DNA of 54,978 nucleotides from Myxococcota bacterium (GTDB lineage Bacteria; Myxococcota; XYA12-FULL-58-9; JABJBS01): NCBI GenBank assembly GCA_036230545.1, contig JAZAIZ010000177.1, positions 1 to 54,978 of the forward strand, read 5' to 3'. Shown piece by piece: positions 47,663 to 54,978 of this stretch (position 1 is its first letter; each line of letters starts with the position of its first letter). The notes under the pieces were generated by a model. It saw only the letters and a program-made list of their open reading frames with translations, ran no database searches and was not told where the DNA came from. The position numbers and the translations under genes were made by a program.

Positions 47663-49243
47663 ATGAAATTAGACATAGAAGCCGCGCGCCGGCGCACCTT
47701 TGCCATCATCTCGCACCCCGATGCCGGGAAAACCACCCTCACCGAGAAGCTCCTCCTTTATTCAGGAGCCATCCACCTCGCGGGCTCCATCAAATCCCGC
47801 CGCAGCTCCCGGCACACCGTCTCCGACTGGATGAAGATGGAGCAGGAGCGTGGTATCTCGGTAACCTCTTCGGTGCTGCAGTTTGAGTGCGAGGGCAACG
47901 CGCTCAATCTCCTGGACACCCCCGGCCACGCCGACTTCTCCGAGGACACCTACCGAACCCTCGCGGCGGTGGACTCCGCCCTGATGCTCATCGACCACGC
48001 CAAGGGCGTCGAGGCCCGAACCCTCAAGCTCTTTGAGGTCTGCCGCATGCGGCAGCTGCCCATCATCACCTTTATGAACAAGCTCGACCGGGAGGGGCTC
48101 GATCCCCTTGAGTTGCTCGACGAGGTCAGCAAGACCCTCAACATCAAGGTGGCCCCCCTCAACTGGCCCATCGGCATGGGCAAGCGCTTTCGCGGCATTG
48201 TCCATCTCGCCACCCGGGAGGTCCATGTCTATGAGGCCGAAAAGCACGGCACCGGCACTCTGAAAACCAGGGTGGTTCCGCTGGACGAAGCCCGGGAGTT
48301 GCTGGGAGACACCACCTACGAAAACCTCTGTGAGGAACTTGAACTCGTGGAGATGGCCGGCGACCCCTTCACCGAAGAGGACTTCCTCGCGGGCAAGGTC
48401 AGCCCGGTGTTTTGGGGTTCAGCCATGACCAACTTCGGGGTGGATGTGCTGCTGGACTTCATCGCCCACAAGGCGGCGCCCCCCGCCTCACGGGACGACG
48501 ACCAGGGCAACACCATCCAGCCCCACGACGACCAATTTACGGGCTTTGTCTTTAAGATCCAAGCCAACATGAACCCCCGACACCGTGACCGCATCGCCTT
48601 TGTGCGGGTTGTCAGCGGCAAGTTTGAACGGGGAATTGACACCATCGTGGGTCGCAATGGTGAAAACATTCGCCTCTCCAAGCCCCACTCCTTTGTGGCC
48701 CAGGAACGCGCCATTGTAGAAGAAGCGTGGCCCGGCGACATCGTGGGCCTCTACGATCCCGGCAAGCTGCGTATCGGCGACACCCTCGCCGCGAAAAAGC
48801 GCCTGCGCTTCAACGGCATCCCACGCTTCGCGCCGGCCTTCTTTGGCCAGATGATCCTCAAAGATCCGCTTAAGCGAAAAGCCCTCGACTCGGGCCTCGC
48901 TCAGCTGGCCCACGAGGGGGTCATTCAGCTCTTCTACCGGCCCGACATCGGCAAGACCGATCCAGTCCTGGGCGCAGTGGGTCTGCTGCAGTTTGAGGTC
49001 CTCAAAGAGCGGCTGAAAAATGAATACAAGGTGGAAGCCATCTTCAACAGCCTCTCCTACAGCACCGCCCGCTGGATCGCCGGGCCCCCGGAGGCGCTCG
49101 ATTGGGTTAAAACCCGCCGGGATTACCACCTCTACGAAGACCGCAACGGGCACCCAGTGCTGCTGACGGAGTCGGCGTGGTCCCTGCGCTACGCCGCCGA
49201 GAACGCCGAGGGACTTGAGCTGCACGAGGTCGAACCACTCTAG
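47663..49243 (+). CDS. prfC: Peptide chain release factor 3
   Basis: RRTFAIISHPDAGKTTLTEKLLL, SDWMKMEQERGISV, DTPGHADFSEDTYR, KIQANMNPRHRDR, GAVGLLQFEV. Confidence 0.97.
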   Translation: MKLDIEAARRRTFAIISHPDAGKTTLTEKLLLYSGAIHLAGSIKSRRSSRHTVSDWMKMEQERGISVTSSVLQFECEGNALNLLDTPGHADFSEDTYRTLAAVDSALMLIDHAKGVEARTLKLFEVCRMRQLPIITFMNKLDREGLDPLELLDEVSKTLNIKVAPLNWPIGMGKRFRGIVHLATREVHVYEAEKHGTGTLKTRVVPLDEARELLGDTTYENLCEELELVEMAGDPFTEEDFLAGKVSPVFWGSAMTNFGVDVLLDFIAHKAAPPASRDDDQGNTIQPHDDQFTGFVFKIQANMNPRHRDRIAFVRVVSGKFERGIDTIVGRNGENIRLSKPHSFVAQERAIVEEAWPGDIVGLYDPGKLRIGDTLAAKKRLRFNGIPRFAPAFFGQMILKDPLKRKALDSGLAQLAHEGVIQLFYRPDIGKTDPVLGAVGLLQFEVLKERLKNEYKVEAIFNSLSYSTARWIAGPPEALDWVKTRRDYHLYEDRNGHPVLLTESAWSLRYAAENAEGLELHEVEPL

Positions 49244-49338
49244 CTCTTTCCTCTCTCCAGCACAGCTGCTATCTGCCTCTCCAGCGTTTCCCGACGGGTT
49301 CGCCCCGGTGCGGCCCCCTTAACAACAAGGATAAAATA

Positions 49339-50004
49339 ATGTCTAAAAAAGTAGGTGTTGTACTCTCCGGCTGTGGTTTTCTCGACGGAGCTGAAATCCA
49401 CGAAGCCACCCTGACCCTTCTTGCCCTCGACCGCGCCGGCGTTCAAACCGTCGCCATGGCCCCCAGCGTCCCCCAGATGCACGTAGTGGACCACACCAAA
49501 AGCGCCCCCGCAGAGGGAGACGCACGCGACGTCCTCGCAGAGTCTTCACGCATCGCCCGCGGAGACATCGTTGAACTCAACACCGTCAAGGCCGACGACC
49601 TCGACGCCCTGATTCTACCCGGCGGATTTGGCGTCGCCAAAAACCTCTCCACCTTCGCGGTTGAGGGCACAGGCATGACCGTCAACGATGAACTCACCGA
49701 TCTGATTCGCACCATGAACGGCGCGAAGAAGCCCATGGGGTTTATCTGCATTGCTCCTGCGGTGGCCGCAAAGGTCCTCGGAGAGCTCAAACCTAAATTG
49801 ACCATCGGCAACGACGCCGACACCGCCAACGCTCTTGAGGAGTTGGGTGCGCATCACGTGGACTGCGCCGTCGACGATACGGTCATCGACGAAAACCTTC
49901 GCATCGTCTCCACCCCGGCCTACATGGTGGGACCCTCCATCGCGCACGTGGCCAAAGGCATCGACAAGCTCGTCAATGAGGTGTTGGAGATGACTGAGGC
50001 CTAA
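49339..50004 (+). CDS. elbB: Glyoxalase ElbB (ES1/DJ-1 family)
   Basis: VVLSGCGFLDGAEIHE, ESSRIARG, PGGFGVAKNL, ICIAP, STPAYM. Confidence 0.93.
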   Translation: MSKKVGVVLSGCGFLDGAEIHEATLTLLALDRAGVQTVAMAPSVPQMHVVDHTKSAPAEGDARDVLAESSRIARGDIVELNTVKADDLDALILPGGFGVAKNLSTFAVEGTGMTVNDELTDLIRTMNGAKKPMGFICIAPAVAAKVLGELKPKLTIGNDADTANALEELGAHHVDCAVDDTVIDENLRIVSTPAYMVGPSIAHVAKGIDKLVNEVLEMTEA

Positions 50005-51323
50005 AGGCGTCCGACCTGAGGGGGAGCCGCCTCCCCCAATTGCAGAATGCGACAATAGGACGCGTGAAGCGCTTCCATCTGCTCAGCCCCCAGGACACCC
50101 TCCGAGGGGCGACCATCCATTCGAGTGGGACGATAAGTCGCTGGGAGCGTTCGCGGATCAAACCAGCGACGCTCCGGAGCGCGGCTGGCAATCAAAAGCC
50201 TGAGGCTCTCCAACATCCGCATGGCCACTGTCCCATAATGGTACGTTTCAGAGTGCGCCCGAGCGTGGGCCTCCGAAGCGAGGTTCTGCCGGAGCGGGGC
50301 GCTCTGCAGCACCTGACAAACGCGGTTAACAAATCGTTTTTGATAGGCAGCCTCCAAAGGCGATCCGGAAATCACATACCCATCAACACCGTGACAGATG
50401 CGCTCCGGGATAGCGCCAAACTCTGAGGACACACACACCAGCCCCGCCGCCTGAGCCTCCAATAGAGAGATGCAAAAGGTCTCGTTCACGTGGGCAGGGT
50501 AGACGTAGACCATCGCCTCCATCATTCTCTTCGCGAGGTCACGCTGCGGGAGTGGCTCAAAGAGAGTCACCCCCTCCATGGCCTCGGCACGCTCGTAGAG
50601 GTCGCCGAAGAGCTCCCGGTCTGCACTATCGGATTCCCCATAAAGCGTCGAGCGGGAGTACACATGCAACCCCGCCTCTGGAACCCGGGCGCGCACCTGA
50701 GGGAAAATCTCGAGCAACGAACGCAGGCCTCTATCCGGGGTAAGTGAATAGAGAAGAATGGGCCGTCGCGAGGTGCAATCGAGGGTTGTGTCAAAGAGGC
50801 CGGGTTGCAGGCCATTGCCAACGACGCAGGCGCGAGTATGCTCCCAGGCAAAGCGTTCCTGCAGCGCCTCAGCCTGCCAGTGACTCACCGCAAACACGCG
50901 GTCAATCTGCCCATCGAGTTCAGCCAAAGAGAGCGCCCCCACCAGAGAGTCGCGCCGGGTCTTGTCCTCAAAGAAGCGAAAGGCCCCATGGGTGAAGGGC
51001 TGCTCAAGGTTGTCGTGGCACCAATAGAAGAGCGCCCGGGTGGTCACGGGGATTGTAAAGGCCGCCAAGTGGCGCACAACGCCAAAAGCGTCAAACACCT
51101 CCGGGGCGATCCGCTCGCGCAGATTGTGGGCCCGTCGATAATCCACCCCACGCACCACCTCCTCCGCAGGCGTGTTGCAATACACCACAACCTCGTTCCC
51201 CTGCGCCGCCAAAGCCTCGCAGGTGTAGGCGACAGCCGTCTCGGTGCCCCCACGGGGCTCCTCTCGAACGATCTCTCCGTTAAACGCCTGCTCGGTCCAA
51301 TGCCAGATCCCAATTCGCACCAC
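50001..51323 (-). CDS. Glycosyltransferase family 4
   Basis: GGTETA N-terminal motif; PDRGL; ETFCISLLEAQAAG (Ex7E); GTG start inferred from RBS. Confidence 0.85.
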   Translation of the reverse strand: MVRIGIWHWTEQAFNGEIVREEPRGGTETAVAYTCEALAAQGNEVVVYCNTPAEEVVRGVDYRRAHNLRERIAPEVFDAFGVVRHLAAFTIPVTTRALFYWCHDNLEQPFTHGAFRFFEDKTRRDSLVGALSLAELDGQIDRVFAVSHWQAEALQERFAWEHTRACVVGNGLQPGLFDTTLDCTSRRPILLYSLTPDRGLRSLLEIFPQVRARVPEAGLHVYSRSTLYGESDSADRELFGDLYERAEAMEGVTLFEPLPQRDLAKRMMEAMVYVYPAHVNETFCISLLEAQAAGLVCVSSEFGAIPERICHGVDGYVISGSPLEAAYQKRFVNRVCQVLQSAPLRQNLASEAHARAHSETYHYGTVAMRMLESLRLLIASRAPERRWFDPRTLPATYRPTRMDGRPSEGVLGAEQMEALHASYCRILQLGEAAPPQVGRL

Positions 51324-51599
51324 GCTCCCCTTTCTGGTTAGAAGATCTCCACCACCCCACCATGGCCCCTCATCCGGGCCAATGCAACGATTCACCCTCT
51401 CCAGAGCACACCGGCGCGGGGGCGACGAAACACCGCATCCCTAATCAACTGAAAATACGACATAAAATCCATATTCGCCCCATAGAGCAGCGGGCCCTCG
51501 CTGCCGCCACGGAGGCCCTGTTTCGGCTGATTTAGGTTGAAAAATCCCGTTTGAGCTGATATTTCGCCCCATCGCACCGCAGGGAACCATAGAGGTAAT

Positions 51600-53099
51600 A
51601 TGATGTCTAAGAGCAACTTTGAGCGTTTACTCGATATTCGAAAATTCGCAGGAACATCGCAGACTTTGGGTCTTCAAGACGAGATCATTCTCGACCTTCT
51701 CAAGACCGACACCCATCTGAACGCAGCAATTGACGAGGCCTGTGACGCCCACGCCGCGTGGGTCAAGCGCAACCCCGAGATGCGCTCCATGGACGAGCAG
51801 GAGCTTATCCTGCACCTGCAGGAAGGATACTGCAACTTCTACTCCCCCGAGACGGTCAACCCCTATGTCCCCCTCGCCGCGCGGGGCCCCTGGATCATCA
51901 CCACCCACGGCGCGATCCTGCACGACAACGGCGGCTACGGCATGCTGGGCGCCGGACACGGCCCCGAGGCCGTTATCAACACCATGTCCCAAAACTGGGT
52001 CATGGCCAACATCATGACCGCCAGCTTCTCTCAGAAACGCTTCCTTGGCCTCTTAAAAGAGGAGGTGGGTCACCGCCGCGCCGAGGGCTTCCCCTACGAA
52101 GAGATTGTGTGCCTCAACAGCGGCTCCGAAGCAGTCACCGTCGCAGCGCGCATCGCCGACATCAACGCTAAACAATACACCGACGAAGGTGGCGTTCATC
52201 ACGGCAAAACCATCAAGATGCTGGCCCTCTCCGGCGCATTTCACGGTCGCACCGACCGCCCGGCCCAGGTCTCCGACTCCACCATGTCCATCTACAGAAA
52301 GCACCTGGCGACCTTTCGAGACCGGGACAACCTGATCACCATCGAGCCCAACAACATCGCGGAGCTCCGTCAGGCCTTCGCCGACGCAGACGCCAACAAT
52401 GTGTTCATTGAGGCCATGTTCATGGAGCCCGTCATGGGCGAGGGCGTGCCCGGCCGCGCGCTTGAGCGCGAGTTTTACGACGTCGCCCGAGAGCTGACCG
52501 CAGCCCACGGCGCCATGCTGATCATCGACTCGATTCAGGCGGGCTTTCGGGGCACCGGATGCCTCAGCATTACCGACTACCCTGGCTTTGAAGACAGCCT
52601 CGCCCCCGACATGGAGAGCTACTCCAAGGCCCTCAACGCCGGGCAATACCCCATGTCGGTGTTGGCCATGGGCGCCAACGCTGCTCAACATTATGTTCGC
52701 GGTGTTTATGGCAACACCATGACCACCAACCCCCGAGCACTTGAAGTGGCCTCCACAGTCATGGAGAGCATCACCCCCGCGGTTCGAGAGAACATTCAGG
52801 CACGGGGCGCGGAGTTTGTCACCAAGCTCAAAGAGTTGGCCAAGGATTTTCCCGGGGTCATCACCTCGGTGGAAGGCACGGGCCTGCTGCTCTGTGCTGA
52901 GCTGGACCCCAACCAGATGAAGGTGGTGGGCTTCGGTGGCGTGGAAGAATACTGCCGAAAACACGGGGTTGGAGTAATCCATGGCGGTAAGAACGCCCTG
53001 AGATTCACACCTCACTTCAACATCACCTCCACAGAGATTGATCTCATCATTGTGGTAGTGCGAGCAGCGCTAAAGCACTATACTGGTCTTAAGGACTAA
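51600..53099 (+). CDS. Class III PLP aminotransferase (lysine 6-aminotransferase/acetylornithine-type)
   Basis: LNSGSEA, GAFHGRT, EPVMGEG, IDSIQAG, SKALNAG (PLP lysine), GNTM, LRFTP. Confidence 0.88.
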   Translation: MMSKSNFERLLDIRKFAGTSQTLGLQDEIILDLLKTDTHLNAAIDEACDAHAAWVKRNPEMRSMDEQELILHLQEGYCNFYSPETVNPYVPLAARGPWIITTHGAILHDNGGYGMLGAGHGPEAVINTMSQNWVMANIMTASFSQKRFLGLLKEEVGHRRAEGFPYEEIVCLNSGSEAVTVAARIADINAKQYTDEGGVHHGKTIKMLALSGAFHGRTDRPAQVSDSTMSIYRKHLATFRDRDNLITIEPNNIAELRQAFADADANNVFIEAMFMEPVMGEGVPGRALEREFYDVARELTAAHGAMLIIDSIQAGFRGTGCLSITDYPGFEDSLAPDMESYSKALNAGQYPMSVLAMGANAAQHYVRGVYGNTMTTNPRALEVASTVMESITPAVRENIQARGAEFVTKLKELAKDFPGVITSVEGTGLLLCAELDPNQMKVVGFGGVEEYCRKHGVGVIHGGKNALRFTPHFNITSTEIDLIIVVVRAALKHYTGLKD

Positions 53100-53110
53100 G
53101 CGCTTAGCAA

Positions 53111-53728
53111 ATGCTCTGCGCTTCCAATGAGACAGGTGTTTCCATTTCAAAAGCACAATGGAAAATATTGCTCTATCCATGCAACGTCGTCGATTCCATC
53201 CGACTGCTTTGTTATTGCTTAGCGCTTTTTTATTTTCAAGACCCCATCCTGGCCGCAGGTACCTTCGCCGTTGGCCACCTGCTGGACATCTTTGATGGGC
53301 CTCTGGCGCGACGCTTTGAGCACACCACTAAGCTGGGTGATTATTTTGACCACACCCTCGATTATGTCTTTATCCCCATCAGCTTTATCATCCTTCCCCA
53401 CTACTCCCTCTTCTTTAAGTGCCTCATCGGTTTCTACTGTTTCTTTACCCTGGTAGAGATGTTCGTCTTTGAGCAGCATTACAAATTTTATTCCAACGAG
53501 CGGCGCTTCACCGCGTTTTTGATCAAGAACAATTACAACAACGTCTTTGCCTACATCTTCACCTACTTCTTAATGGCCGAGCCCTTGATTCTTTGGGGCC
53601 TGCAATGGCCCACCAAAGACTTCTACGTCACCTACATTTGTCTCGGTGGTCAGCTTTATTTGGGGTTTTGGTTTGTGGCGCGTTTGCTTGAGGGCTGCGG
53701 TCCACTCTGGCGTAGAGTACGCTCGTAA
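53111..53728 (+). CDS. CDP-alcohol phosphatidyltransferase, phosphatidylinositol-synthase-like
   Basis: Signature DIFDGPLARRFEHTTKLGDYFDHTLD (DxxDGxxAR...GxxxDxxxD); about 5-6 hydrophobic segments. Confidence 0.85.
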   Translation: MLCASNETGVSISKAQWKILLYPCNVVDSIRLLCYCLALFYFQDPILAAGTFAVGHLLDIFDGPLARRFEHTTKLGDYFDHTLDYVFIPISFIILPHYSLFFKCLIGFYCFFTLVEMFVFEQHYKFYSNERRFTAFLIKNNYNNVFAYIFTYFLMAEPLILWGLQWPTKDFYVTYICLGGQLYLGFWFVARLLEGCGPLWRRVRS

Positions 53729-53740
53729 TTCCCACAAGTC

Positions 53741-54796
53741 TCACCAGTGGGGAGGCCGACCGTTCTTCTCAATCCAACGCTCAACGTTCTTCACCAGCTC
53801 TTCACGGTGCTCCCACACCGTCTTAAGCAAGTCTGCATCCAAGTGAGGGCCCAGCATACGCTCAAAGCGACTTTTGGACATGTATTTGGTGCGCTCGTAG
53901 ATGTACTCACTGGGGATGTCGTGCTCCGAAGAAATATAAGACGAGCTGAAATAACGAAAGGCCATTCCATGATCGATGGCGATGTAGCTGGGCTTGGCCG
54001 TCGTCTCCAGAGGCTCGTCTGCTCTCAACACATTCCTGCCATGCCGATCGGGATTGCCAATCAATTTATCAAAAAATCGAAGGTCCTGCATGTGGGGCAC
54101 ATAATCCGTGCGCCCTCGCTCCAGGGGGCTGGCCTTGGCCACAAATCGCTGGTTAGAATCGGGAACCTCTCCCTCAGGGACGGGACGCTCAGGTAAGAAT
54201 AAAGTCCGATCGGGCCTCACCCTCTCCCCAAATACCTTTCTCCAGGCTTTGGTGAGCTTCCCCATCACCCCCACGCCATAAAAGCGCACAGGCCTCTGCA
54301 CCGTCACCGGCACCGCGTTGAGACCGATCAGTTGATCCATCTTAAAGGCCGCAACCTCCGCGTTGCTGTCGGCGGGGAATCCCTTGCCGGGCTTTAAAAC
54401 CCCCTGCTCCCTTCCGGTGGTCACCAGGGTCGTCCCATCCGTAGCACCGACATCTATTTTCCTGGCCCGGGTCACCCGCTTGTTGGTCAATTCGTCCGTG
54501 ATCTTTTCCTCGACCTCCTTTGCCCGGGTGAACTGGCCCGCGCGGCGACGAGCCCACACCTCCCGTTGAGTGTCCCCCGACGAGAAGGCCTCCTCCGCTA
54601 CTCGCTTGGAAGCCTCGCCGACCTGATACTTTCTGAACGCTTTTTGAATCGTGCCCGCGGCCGCCTCGCGCTTCTGAAGCTCCTCGGGGGTGGCTTTGGA
54701 CTCCGCCTCCAACGAGCTGTGGGTGTGCTCAGGAGTCGTCACCCCAGACACAGAGTCCTGCTCCGGAGTCGGTGGACCTTTTGGGATCTTAACCAT
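53741..54796 (-). CDS. Atypical kinase of the PI3/PI4-kinase (type II PI4K/HipA-like) fold with N-terminal IQ-like motif
   Basis: GVLKP, AEVAAFKMDQLIGLNAVPVT, SNQRFV, FDKLIGNPDRHGRN, IAIDHGMAF; IQKAFRKY; ATG 54796 with GGGGAAG RBS. Confidence 0.78.
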   Translation of the reverse strand: MVKIPKGPPTPEQDSVSGVTTPEHTHSSLEAESKATPEELQKREAAAGTIQKAFRKYQVGEASKRVAEEAFSSGDTQREVWARRRAGQFTRAKEVEEKITDELTNKRVTRARKIDVGATDGTTLVTTGREQGVLKPGKGFPADSNAEVAAFKMDQLIGLNAVPVTVQRPVRFYGVGVMGKLTKAWRKVFGERVRPDRTLFLPERPVPEGEVPDSNQRFVAKASPLERGRTDYVPHMQDLRFFDKLIGNPDRHGRNVLRADEPLETTAKPSYIAIDHGMAFRYFSSSYISSEHDIPSEYIYERTKYMSKSRFERMLGPHLDADLLKTVWEHREELVKNVERWIEKNGRPPHW

Positions 54797-54978
54797 GATG
54801 AACTTCCCCCTGCATGTTTTCATGCTAGCACAGGGAGCGGTAAAACCCGACCCGGAAGCCCCTTTAACCTCATCCACTGGGTAGGCTCCTGTACTCGTCC
54901 CACCCACCCCGCGCTCTCCCGCCCTGCCCCCCAAGCCAAGTCCGATTATGGTTTTTGCCAAACACCCTCCAGCGGGAA

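Noticed and set aside
54797-54961. 55-aa N-terminal extension of the kinase ORF from TTG 54961
   Set aside because: Low-complexity translation; a better ATG with an RBS exists at 54796

Overview
A 55-kb GC-rich bacterial chromosomal segment. It most likely comes from a Myxococcota/Deltaproteobacteria-like organism, inferred from the trmFO-xerC-hslVU synteny, myxobacterial-style Cys-rich lipoproteins and a GYF-like/TPR rhomboid. It has about 37 protein genes and one tRNA-Gly(GCC). I found no mobile element, prophage or CRISPR array. Housekeeping genes (trmFO, xerC, queC, hslVU, Leu dehydrogenase, thpR, xth, pckA, IDH, rlmN, queG, add, prfC, elbB) are interspersed with envelope or secreted proteins. 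Four loci stand out. (1) A three-gene minus-strand operon (7051-16760) encodes an uncharacterised outer-membrane beta-barrel and two paralogous ~1,400-aa lipoprotein metzincins, with its own promoter, IHF site and terminator: a candidate surface protease machine. (2) A convergent pair at the right end encodes a eukaryote-like phosphatidylinositol-synthase-type CDP-alcohol transferase and a type-II-PI4-kinase-like kinase with an IQ-like motif: a candidate phosphoinositide module or host-directed effector. (3) An orphan flagellin has a clear sigma-28 promoter. (4) A Cys-rich lipoprotein ends in a MepA/LAS-type peptidoglycan peptidase domain. All functional calls come from motif recognition by eye; no database searches were run.
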